From the IMG/VR virus record IMGVR_UViG_3300037808_000992, positions 1-64,000 of that record: a stretch of 64,000 nucleotides of DNA; one strand, 5' to 3'. Below the pieces are notes generated by a model. The model worked only from the letters and a program-made list of their open reading frames with translations, did not search any database and was not told where the DNA came from. The translations under genes were made by a program, and so were the position numbers. Below, piece after piece: positions 46,495-55,598 of this stretch. Each line of letters opens with the position of its first letter. The first letter of the stretch is position 1. This DNA is from a virus.

Positions 46495-49400
46495 ATGACT
46501 GCTAACGGTCCAGACGTAAACACCAAAGGGTCAAGCAGGACCACCTGCATGGTTATCGTTGATACCCATGATCGAGGGCAGCGATTGAAGGGTCAGCGTA
46601 TTGATCTTTCCCCTTATATTACACAGGTCAGCGTAGACACCCATCTAACCGGAGGGGGTCAAGCGAGTATCAGCCTTCCGGCTGTACAGCACATTGAAGA
46701 TATTGTTGCTGCTGGGGACTTGGTAAACGTATATTTCAATCTTCATCGAAACGATGTCGATAGATATAACAAGGGGAATGTTCGTGTTTTCTTCGGTTAT
46801 ATCGACACAGTTAATAAATCGGTAACTGTAGACGGATCAGGCGGTAAATTAACGTCTTACACGCTTACTTGTTCAGCCTTTGATAAGGCGATTAAGCAGA
46901 CTCAGATTTATAACAATCCGCACCTCGTAGCTACCCAAGCGGGAACCAAAAAAGATGTTGTTAGGAAAGATTTTCAAAATAATCTCGGGGGGATGTCTTT
47001 ATTCTCAAAAGGTATTGCCACACGAGGGACACCGCGAGATCTGGTTCTAAGGAATTTAATGCGCTTATTGGGCTTTGGGGGACAATTTATCCTACCGGCC
47101 CATTACCAGGAGGTCTTACCCGACGCAACTCACTCTGTAACACTGGAAAAAAATACTACAGATTTAGACAGTAAGCTTATTTTTAGTGCGAGTGCTATGT
47201 CCGCGATCACAATAGGTGAGCAGGCGACAATCCTCGCAGCCGTAAAAGGTTTTAAAGGTAAAATAAAGCCTACGGGTCTCGAATTAGACACTACACAACT
47301 TTTTCTGGAGGGGAACATCAGTCGAGACTCTTGGATTGCCGCAATTAACCAGACAAAATTTCAAGAATTTCAGACGGCATTCCTAGCCGCCATTAGTACA
47401 GTGTCTCCGAAAGCCAAGGCGCGTATGTCAATATCCCTCCCAAAATTTAAAAGTGGGGACGTAAAGTGGGCTGAGACGTTTGTTTCTAATACTTATTTTA
47501 AAATAAGTACTGGGCTCAAAGGACTATCCTACATGGGAGTTTCTTCAAGTCTTCCGGTTGAGACGGGTGTTAAAGGCGTTTTAATGACTCAGTTACAAGA
47601 GTCCATAGCTGAAATACGGGGGGTGAAGGATGATTTCAACGATCCAGATCTCTTCCCGTCTGTAAATATGTGGGCGGATGCGGGTGGCGAGGTGGCTCCT
47701 GCGAAGACTATCTTTAATATTTTAAGTTTAGATTATTTAGAAGACGTAGACGGGTATTACGGAAACTTTAATTACATCTACTTTAGTGGCTCTTTGTGGG
47801 GAGCCTGCTATCAGAATGCAAACACAGACATTAACGAGTTGTTTTTTGATCTACGACCCGCTGCTAATTTTGAAGATACTTCCGCGAGTGGGACGGATGG
47901 ACTGGGTATTCCGCTCGATGGAGCCATACCGATGGTCCCGGCAGTCGTGCTGAGAGAGAAACCGTTTACTAATTACCGACAACCTAAGAACTTAATTTCG
48001 TCACCAGATAACATATCCACTATAAAAATAGGCGCTCTTGCAAAGGAATTTGTGTCGAGCAAGTTACCTTTTAATTCACAGGGTGCGAAGATCCCTGCAG
48101 GCGACCAACTTTATATGGCCATACTCTCCCCTACAGGCGCAACTCAAGGGTTTAGAGGATTAAGAGCAACAGCAGAAAATTTAAATAAAGTTAAGGGCGC
48201 GTTAAGCAAGGTAGGTAGTGGATCTTTTCAACCCTTAAAACAATCAACGACTCTTTCGGAGCTAAATCTAATAACAGGTGGGTTTTTTGATATTGCTGTA
48301 GAAGGCTACACCCTTGTGGGTGCGCCTATACAAGGTTTACTATCTGGTCTTCCAGGAGTCGCGCCTGCTCTGGTAGGACCACTTCTTAATATAAAAACGA
48401 CGCCCAGTACTAAGTCGAAGGTTGAAACGGTTAAGAAACAAGCCGCTGATCAGGCTGTATTTATTGAAAAACTTGAGAATTCTCCAGGTTTAAACCTGGA
48501 TAAGTCGCAAGTTGTAATGAGCGGCGGAAGTGAGAAACAGATAAACATTTTGGGATTATCACCTACCAAAGATAAAACTGGCAAGGAGGTACCTTTAGAG
48601 ATTGGGGAACGTGCTTTTTCAACCATATTTGCGTTACCAAAACCTGTTTTTAGATCACCGGACGGGGGACGTGTCACGGTGGAGAATAAACAGGGCGGAG
48701 TGCAGCGAATATTAGGCGTAATACAACCCACCAACAATCCTAAAGCCGGAGAACCGTATAAAGCATCGTTCAAGGCATTTTCTACAGACGACGCGAGTGC
48801 CAGTGGAGTGAGGAACGTAGCAGGGGAATCGATATATGAAAGTACGGGCAGCGGCACGAATATGAGTACGGCTGCTCATTTAGTTTTAGGCGCTGATTCA
48901 AATTTAACGTCGATGAGTAACAATATACTGGGCGGTAAAAAAACAAGGGCGCATATTCTAGACTTCGTAAAAGTTAAATCTCAGGATGTGATGAACGAGT
49001 CATTTTCACGAGGTGACCACGGGCTCGTTAATATAGCAGAACTTTTTCCTAAATTAGCGGGTTCAGACGCCCAAAAACTTTACTTTGTTGATCAGCTACC
49101 CATCGTAACTCCTATTAGTATTCATCGTTTTGGGGTTAGAGCATCTAAGATAACTACTGATTTTGTTAACCCTGCTTTTCTAGGCATTTCAAATGATTTT
49201 TGGAATCAAAAATCCATGATTATGAAATGGAACGTTATGTTAGATATGTGGAACCAGCATAACCATGAGTATTTGACAGGATCTATAAGCGTGCGAGGTT
49301 TGCCGGGGATACGTCCAGGGTATCGTTTGGACAGGCCGGAATTAAATCTATCGTTTTACGTGGAACAAGTAGGACACACGTGGACTTATCCAGGTCACTT

Positions 49401-49656
49401 GGCAACACAGGTTAGTGTAAGTCGTGGACAGCCTATGTCTGCGGAGACCGCTTTAGATTATATCCCGCCCACCCCTAATGTGAAGGCTAATGATTCTCCG
49501 CGCCAACATTTAGGGCAAGTATTTGAGACAGGAAAGGATGAGGACGGTAAGGCTTACCCTTACGCAGGAACATTTACAGGTGAAGTGATAAAACCTAAAT
49601 CTAGAAGTAAATCAGTAAGAGTTCTTATGAACGATTTTCTAAAGAAGGTTTTTTAA
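46495..49656 (+). CDS. baseplate hub protein with large insertions, 1053 aa
   Basis: N-terminal IDLSPYITQVSV...VFFGYIDTV; middle NELFFD...VVLREKPF; C-terminal GSISVRGLPGIRPGYRL...FYVEQVGHTW...VSRG. Confidence 0.75.
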   Translation: MTANGPDVNTKGSSRTTCMVIVDTHDRGQRLKGQRIDLSPYITQVSVDTHLTGGGQASISLPAVQHIEDIVAAGDLVNVYFNLHRNDVDRYNKGNVRVFFGYIDTVNKSVTVDGSGGKLTSYTLTCSAFDKAIKQTQIYNNPHLVATQAGTKKDVVRKDFQNNLGGMSLFSKGIATRGTPRDLVLRNLMRLLGFGGQFILPAHYQEVLPDATHSVTLEKNTTDLDSKLIFSASAMSAITIGEQATILAAVKGFKGKIKPTGLELDTTQLFLEGNISRDSWIAAINQTKFQEFQTAFLAAISTVSPKAKARMSISLPKFKSGDVKWAETFVSNTYFKISTGLKGLSYMGVSSSLPVETGVKGVLMTQLQESIAEIRGVKDDFNDPDLFPSVNMWADAGGEVAPAKTIFNILSLDYLEDVDGYYGNFNYIYFSGSLWGACYQNANTDINELFFDLRPAANFEDTSASGTDGLGIPLDGAIPMVPAVVLREKPFTNYRQPKNLISSPDNISTIKIGALAKEFVSSKLPFNSQGAKIPAGDQLYMAILSPTGATQGFRGLRATAENLNKVKGALSKVGSGSFQPLKQSTTLSELNLITGGFFDIAVEGYTLVGAPIQGLLSGLPGVAPALVGPLLNIKTTPSTKSKVETVKKQAADQAVFIEKLENSPGLNLDKSQVVMSGGSEKQINILGLSPTKDKTGKEVPLEIGERAFSTIFALPKPVFRSPDGGRVTVENKQGGVQRILGVIQPTNNPKAGEPYKASFKAFSTDDASASGVRNVAGESIYESTGSGTNMSTAAHLVLGADSNLTSMSNNILGGKKTRAHILDFVKVKSQDVMNESFSRGDHGLVNIAELFPKLAGSDAQKLYFVDQLPIVTPISIHRFGVRASKITTDFVNPAFLGISNDFWNQKSMIMKWNVMLDMWNQHNHEYLTGSISVRGLPGIRPGYRLDRPELNLSFYVEQVGHTWTYPGHLATQVSVSRGQPMSAETALDYIPPTPNVKANDSPRQHLGQVFETGKDEDGKAYPYAGTFTGEVIKPKSRSKSVRVLMNDFLKKVF

Positions 49657-49658
49657 AA

Positions 49659-51677
49659 ATGCCTACTCGTATACGTAGGGGGCAAGATTCTGCGCCAGGA
49701 GGCTTTGTAGACTCAGCGGGGCTAATTATTCCTTCAGATCAGGTAGGGTCTGAAGTGGATGCAGAAGATTATATGCCCTATGCCATATTGGGCATAGTTC
49801 AGCGCGTTTATTATGCAGATGACGAAGATAATATATCTCGTCTAAACAAGACTAGTGCGGATTCAGGTTTAAGCACTGACAAAGAGCCAGCAGCTGGCGG
49901 TCCTGCGTTAACGGATCTTTGGAGAGCTACTCTAAAAGCTTTTAAAGAGAAAGGTGACCATTTATATTGTGACGTTCGCTCTATAACTGTCCCTAGAGGC
50001 AATAAATCTGCTCAGGCTATTTATAGAAATTGTTTAATCCTCCCATCAATAAGTGGTCCTTTGGATTATGGGATCACCGTCCCAACTCCTGAGAATAATT
50101 CTTCGACCGACAGCCAAACAAGTGACGGAAGTTGGTGTCTTATTAGTTTTATTAATGGAGATCCTACTGCTCCTTACGTTGTGAAATTCTTTAATAGTCC
50201 GATAGGTGGAAAAACCCCGACCCGACGAGAGGGGAAGGTTACGAAACATCATTACAACGGCTGCCATGTAGACATACACGACAATGGGGACTTAGTTGTT
50301 GATTGCAAATCAGCAGGTGCGACCCCTGTAGTTAATAGTCATACGGGTCATGTGGGACAAATTCGGGGTAGTTCTTTAGCCGGTAAAATTACTGTAAGTA
50401 CTAAGTCTGATATTCAGTTGGTTGCTGGAGATGGGGGTCGTGGGCCGAATACCTTTAACCAAGATGAGTTGGCGGGGGGAAGTCTTACTCTGGCAGCGCA
50501 TAAACAAGTTGTACTAACCTCTAAATCGGAGACGGTAGAGATATTCACTGATCGGGATCCGATTACGTGTGATGTGGTACACCCTGTTAATATTCAAGCG
50601 GCACATGGCGGCAAAATGCGAGCCGCTAGAGAGGGGGACTCGGTAAAGATATACCCGTCCAATACCGGCGGGGATATTTTTGAGTACTTAAGCACGATAA
50701 AAATGTATTTGGGAACCGCTGCAAGTGTAATGGCTGGTCAGGCCCCTGAGGGGGCAGTCCAAACCGCTGCGCTTGCATTTAGTTTAGTAGACGCTTTGCC
50801 TCTCCCTACTTTTGCTAAGGGGGTTATTACAAGCGGGACAGATTATGTGTATTTGGGTGGCCCAACCACTGCCGATAGTGTCTTATCGCCTGACGCAGAT
50901 ACGTTTTTATTAGATGAGCTAGGGGTGTTTCCTGGACCTATTGAAGTTGCACTTTGTATTGCGGAAGCTGTAGGGACTTACATGGGGCTGTTGTCTGCAG
51001 ATATGCTAAAAAGTGCTCTTGCCACCCCAATTATAGGAGCGTTAAAAGAGTCAGAAGGTTATATTGCGGCTAATGAGGCTCCCAGAGGGACGGCGTTGTT
51101 CCCGCCCGGTACTACTAAAGCGTTAAGTAAAGTGAACAACGCAGTGATCCATTTACTTCTCACGGGAGATATTGAAAAAATTATTAATAGCGACGAGTGG
51201 TCAGAGGCAGGGGTTAAAGCCGCCATAGAAGACCTAGAGGCTGTTAATGAGCAATTAGACGGTGTGGAGGGGGACGAGGAGTCTCCCGGATATTATAAGC
51301 TATATGAAGAGGCTTTAGCTGAGTATGCTGCGGATCCGACTGCAGATAATTTGGTTAAAGTTGCTCTTGCAGAAGGGAAAATAGATAAAGCGGAAGCTAA
51401 GAAGAAAACCTTAATGGAGAAGGTGGGGGACAGTGTAAAAGAGTACGGCGATAAAGTAGGAGCTATTTTAGAAGACCCCAACGTGAAGATTTTGGCTAAG
51501 ATTTTACCTGATATTTTAAACAAAGAGCCTAAAGAGGCTCTCGAAACACTGCGCGAAGAAACGGGTTTGTCTGGTGAGTATGTGATTAGCCTTATACGAG
51601 AGTGTTTAGAGCCAAAGATTTATGCGTCTATCAATGATGCGTTAAATAAATTTTGTGGAGGCACGGATTACGAATGA
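49659..51677 (+). CDS. baseplate central spike-like protein with a C-terminal helical extension
   Basis: OB-fold-like GSWCLISFINGDPTAPYVV; short beta repeats; AAREGDSV...GVITSGTDYVYLG tip motif; then about 270 acidic helical residues. Confidence 0.65.
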   Translation: MPTRIRRGQDSAPGGFVDSAGLIIPSDQVGSEVDAEDYMPYAILGIVQRVYYADDEDNISRLNKTSADSGLSTDKEPAAGGPALTDLWRATLKAFKEKGDHLYCDVRSITVPRGNKSAQAIYRNCLILPSISGPLDYGITVPTPENNSSTDSQTSDGSWCLISFINGDPTAPYVVKFFNSPIGGKTPTRREGKVTKHHYNGCHVDIHDNGDLVVDCKSAGATPVVNSHTGHVGQIRGSSLAGKITVSTKSDIQLVAGDGGRGPNTFNQDELAGGSLTLAAHKQVVLTSKSETVEIFTDRDPITCDVVHPVNIQAAHGGKMRAAREGDSVKIYPSNTGGDIFEYLSTIKMYLGTAASVMAGQAPEGAVQTAALAFSLVDALPLPTFAKGVITSGTDYVYLGGPTTADSVLSPDADTFLLDELGVFPGPIEVALCIAEAVGTYMGLLSADMLKSALATPIIGALKESEGYIAANEAPRGTALFPPGTTKALSKVNNAVIHLLLTGDIEKIINSDEWSEAGVKAAIEDLEAVNEQLDGVEGDEESPGYYKLYEEALAEYAADPTADNLVKVALAEGKIDKAEAKKKTLMEKVGDSVKEYGDKVGAILEDPNVKILAKILPDILNKEPKEALETLREETGLSGEYVISLIRECLEPKIYASINDALNKFCGGTDYE

Positions 51678-53689
51678 TACCTACAAAAGACGGTATTCTT
51701 ACTAGTATTTCTTCTGTTGTGGAGAAGGGGTTAGCAGGGTCAGCTTTTGGTGGGTTTTTAGAGTTTTTTAAACCTAAAGCCATTGATATTTTTGACACTC
51801 GAACCGCTACGCGCATCTCTAGAGATCATCAATCTATTGCTGTTACTAATATTGGCGGCGGCAACACTACTAATTTTGGAGAGAACGAAAACCTGTACGG
51901 GTTTTCACTTTTGAAGTTTAGAAACAGTTTGTTATTTGGCGGTTGGGTGGATGTAAACATAGGAAGTTTACTCGGTTTTGATTTAACTAATTCTTTAACC
52001 GGGGGTGACGAGATCGCTAACGTCTCTAGTTACTTCTTCAATATAAACCCACGATCTATTTCTCTGTCAGAGCCTTTTGCTACGCATATTGTCCCCACTC
52101 AAGCTTCAGGAATTTATGCTGAATCTCAAGGTGTTGTGCTCCGCACCCTTTCAATATCAGGAACAACAGGGTATCGACCCGGACTCCCTTCATCAACCAG
52201 CGGAGGGGACCATACGATCCCTCATGAAATTGGAGAGCCCACTGGATTTCTAAATTTCATTAAATTACGTAATTTATTTAGGAATTATAGTGATCTAAAG
52301 AAAGACGCGGGACAGGCGTATAATACTTATTTGGTTTGGTATAACGGCAAAGAGCAGGAGACATGGTTTTGTGAACCTACTGATTTTTCCTTGTCTCGGG
52401 ATGCGGGTTCTCCGTTTACTTTTAATTACAGTATTAGCCTCACCCTTACTCAGAAGGTTCACTTCTCCTCTATTACCAATACGATTAATCCTCGCTTTGA
52501 CAGCCCAAACTTCTTCATTTCCGCACTGCGCACAGCCCAAATTCTTTTTGAAAGACTCCCTTTTATCAAAACGATTAGTACGAATTTAGGTCTTAAAAAT
52601 GGCGTACTCAATGCTTATACAAAAAACGTGGCTGAGCTAAGTGAGTTTATGACAGACACGACGCAGGGCTTTATGAAGATGTCTTCAGCCGCTACGGGTG
52701 CTGCGGGTATGCTCTTTCTTCCCTTGGTGGGGGTGATTACAACAGCACAAAAATTAATACGTGCTGGAAAACAAGTTGAAGACGAGTTTCCAGCAATGTT
52801 TGGTGAGGATGCGAATTCTGACCTTACCAAATTCTTCTCAGATAATTTGTTTAGTGCAGAAAGCATTCTTAGAAATGCCATTAGAGATAGCCAGGAGGCG
52901 CTGAGGGTAATCTCAGAGAAGATGGCAGCGCCCACCACAAATAAACTTGCATCCAATAAAACGTACTACTCTTCGTCTAGTGATTTTAACGCTGGGGGGA
53001 CTTACGGGGATGCGCCTGCAGCCACTCAAAATGCTATCATCCCTGGAAATAAGACAACAAATGTTCCTACTCTAGAGGATGTTCTAACCTTGAATGGGGT
53101 TCCTTTGGCGTGGAAGGATTGGGTTATTGCTTATAACAACTTAAAGCCGCCCTATATAACCGCTGTTCCCTCAAAGAAGTCCAAATTTATCAAAGGTCCT
53201 GGTGATTCTCTTATTTTACCGATGGATCCTAAGCCAATCCCAAAAGATATTTATACAAAGCTTCCTTACAAGCCTAATTTAAATGTCTACGAAGAGCTTT
53301 TAGGGAGAGATCTTAAATTAAATAATAAGGGAGGATTCAACGGAACTCCTAAATTCAATTTTTCAATTTCTCCTACGGGTGATTTAGAGGTTGTAGACGG
53401 AAAAGACAATATGCTCCAGGCGTTAGATATTAAACTTAACGTACCTCGGGGATCGTTGTTCCTACATCCTAATTTTGGGATCGTTTCAGTAGTAGGGGAA
53501 AAAGCTACACGCTCACTAAAATATAATCTATACCTATCCATTAACGATACGATGTTGAGTGATGGTCGGGTAGAGGATTTGAGCGATTTAACTATAACTT
53601 TAGACGGTGATCGAGCTAATATCGCTTGCCACGTAAATATCATTGGGTCGCTGCCTAACGTGCCTGTTGAATTTAATATGAGGGTGTAA
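51674..53689 (+). CDS. baseplate protein: tube-initiator-like N-terminus, LysM-like middle, gp25/GpW-like C-terminus
   Basis: ATGA-coupled start at 51674. FFNINPRSISLSEP...LSISGTTG...FNYSISL; W..VIAYNNLKPPYI...PGDSLILP; GDLEVVDGKDNMLQAL...RGSLFLHPNFG...DGRV. Confidence 0.75.
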   Translation: MIPTKDGILTSISSVVEKGLAGSAFGGFLEFFKPKAIDIFDTRTATRISRDHQSIAVTNIGGGNTTNFGENENLYGFSLLKFRNSLLFGGWVDVNIGSLLGFDLTNSLTGGDEIANVSSYFFNINPRSISLSEPFATHIVPTQASGIYAESQGVVLRTLSISGTTGYRPGLPSSTSGGDHTIPHEIGEPTGFLNFIKLRNLFRNYSDLKKDAGQAYNTYLVWYNGKEQETWFCEPTDFSLSRDAGSPFTFNYSISLTLTQKVHFSSITNTINPRFDSPNFFISALRTAQILFERLPFIKTISTNLGLKNGVLNAYTKNVAELSEFMTDTTQGFMKMSSAATGAAGMLFLPLVGVITTAQKLIRAGKQVEDEFPAMFGEDANSDLTKFFSDNLFSAESILRNAIRDSQEALRVISEKMAAPTTNKLASNKTYYSSSSDFNAGGTYGDAPAATQNAIIPGNKTTNVPTLEDVLTLNGVPLAWKDWVIAYNNLKPPYITAVPSKKSKFIKGPGDSLILPMDPKPIPKDIYTKLPYKPNLNVYEELLGRDLKLNNKGGFNGTPKFNFSISPTGDLEVVDGKDNMLQALDIKLNVPRGSLFLHPNFGIVSVVGEKATRSLKYNLYLSINDTMLSDGRVEDLSDLTITLDGDRANIACHVNIIGSLPNVPVEFNMRV

Positions 53690-53693
53690 GTAG

Positions 53694-55589
53694 ATGCCGT
53701 TATTTAAGCCGAGAACAACAGAAGAGATTCTAAATGACGCAGTTAACTACGTACATTTCAATACGAATCTAACTGATTTTAATGTGGGTAGTGTTATTCG
53801 CACTATTCTTGAGGCATTGGCTTATGAGGATGCTGAGCAGTATTCTCAAATGCTTGCCGTATTAAACTCGTTTTTTATAAAAAACGCTTCCGGTGGAGAT
53901 CTCGATGAGCGAGCGGCTGCTTATAATTTAGTACGCCTGCCTCCTTTTGCGTCAGCGGGTGACGTGGTATTTTTAGACACAGAACTCCCCAGATCGTTTA
54001 TTGTTTCTTATGTACAGGCGGGAGACACCTCCATCCCTATTAATGATGCGGGTGCCATGGATTTTGCAACTCCGTTTGTTGTTCGTTTGGGGGAAGGTTC
54101 TAGTTCTCAAGAAGATGTGTCTATCGATTTGGTGGATTTAACTAATAACACGCTTAGGGTGAACGCTGCCGCAGTCCCTCCATTTAACACTTTAGACTTT
54201 GATCATGTAGCAGCGGCTGCTGAGGTAGAAGAAGTAGATAATCGAACTAATTTGGTGTGTCTTGTAACAGGAGATCCAGATCGTATTATTCCTGCCGGTG
54301 TTACACTTCGTTCTAAACCCACCAATACCATTCTTCCCGTTAACGCTATCACCACAGAACCTATGACTCAGGTAAATGGTAACTTTCTCAGTAATCCTGT
54401 CTCTGTGATTACTACAGATTTAGGTGCGGCAACGGTTATCGGGGATCGTCGTTTAAATCAAGTGGTTGGTTCGGCTGTTTACAATGGCGCTCTTCCTATA
54501 AACCTAGAAGCTATTTCCGGTGGTCAAGATGCTGAGGGCGATGCTTCTTTTAGAGATAGGATAGGACTTCATATCGGGGGCTTATCAGCGGGTACGGTAT
54601 CCGCTATCGTCTCTAAGTTATTACAACTCTCCGATCCAGTTACGTTTCAAAAAGTTCAACGGGTGTCTGTTCGAGAGTCGTTTGGGGAAAAGACTGTCTA
54701 TGTTTACGTCGATGACGGGACAGTGGATTTTGTAGGTGATGTAGAGAATTTCCCAACGGATACTTTATCCCACGCGGCTGCGTTGGGTGATAATTCAATT
54801 CAAGTAATTGCAAGTACTGATTTTCCAGAAGCTACCTATGCTTCTCGTCAGTATATTATTGTGGATCCCTCTGGGTTAGACGGAGACCCTATCGCTCTCC
54901 AGTATTTTGAAAACGTGAGCAATAGTTTAAAAATATCGCCGTCCGTACCCCATAACGTATCAGCGGGGCGCGCACTCGCCGTGGCTGAGGCAGTTGCTGA
55001 AAGTACTGAGCTTGATAAGAAGTATTATTTTTTGCAGAAGTATCCGCTCACTGAGGATAATCTTTTGTTATATCTAGCATCTCCCACTTTAGGAGACGCC
55101 GTGCGGTTAACTGAAAACGTAGATTTTGTTTTAAATAAGTCCAATGGGCAGATTGAGTTTTTGTTCGGTTTTATTCCTGCCCCTGGGATGATTTTGCTGG
55201 CTGTGTATGAAGTCTTTGTCAATTTAATAAAGACTGTTCAGGATGCTATCGACGGAGACCTTAATAACACCTTGGCGTTCCCAGGTATCCGGTCAGCAGG
55301 TGTTAAAGTTTTAGCCCGTCCTGCTCATAAGACACCTATCGATATTGTGCTTGAGATTAGTATTAATTCTGATCTTACAGATCAGGCAAGTGCTTCCTTC
55401 TTGGTGAAGCAATTGATTATTGCTTATATAAACGGGTTAGATATCGGTGAATCAGTAATTTTAGCTGAGATCATAGACCGCGCTATGAGTGTTTCAGGTG
55501 TTATAAACGCCAATGTAGCGTCCCCTGCTGGGGACATAGTAATCTTAGACGATCATGCTCCGTTCGCGGATGACATCATAATTACGTAG
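53694..55589 (+). CDS. baseplate J / gp6-like wedge protein
   Basis: TDFNVGSVIRTILEA...ASGGDLDERAA; GGQDAEGDASFRDRI...GTVSAI; RSAGVKV...YINGLDIGESV. Confidence 0.92.
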   Translation: MPLFKPRTTEEILNDAVNYVHFNTNLTDFNVGSVIRTILEALAYEDAEQYSQMLAVLNSFFIKNASGGDLDERAAAYNLVRLPPFASAGDVVFLDTELPRSFIVSYVQAGDTSIPINDAGAMDFATPFVVRLGEGSSSQEDVSIDLVDLTNNTLRVNAAAVPPFNTLDFDHVAAAAEVEEVDNRTNLVCLVTGDPDRIIPAGVTLRSKPTNTILPVNAITTEPMTQVNGNFLSNPVSVITTDLGAATVIGDRRLNQVVGSAVYNGALPINLEAISGGQDAEGDASFRDRIGLHIGGLSAGTVSAIVSKLLQLSDPVTFQKVQRVSVRESFGEKTVYVYVDDGTVDFVGDVENFPTDTLSHAAALGDNSIQVIASTDFPEATYASRQYIIVDPSGLDGDPIALQYFENVSNSLKISPSVPHNVSAGRALAVAEAVAESTELDKKYYFLQKYPLTEDNLLLYLASPTLGDAVRLTENVDFVLNKSNGQIEFLFGFIPAPGMILLAVYEVFVNLIKTVQDAIDGDLNNTLAFPGIRSAGVKVLARPAHKTPIDIVLEISINSDLTDQASASFLVKQLIIAYINGLDIGESVILAEIIDRAMSVSGVINANVASPAGDIVILDDHAPFADDIIIT

Positions 55590-55598
55590 AGGTATTCG

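Noticed and set aside
3515-49656. Inteins or group I introns accounting for oversized genes
   Set aside because: No intein terminal motifs (C...HN-C/S/T), LAGLIDADG/HNH signatures or split reading frames were recognised.
38927-55589. Sheath/tube/baseplate cluster as a tailocin or extracellular contractile injection system
   Set aside because: Portal, prohead protease, scaffolds and major capsid protein lie in the same gene run, so this is a phage.
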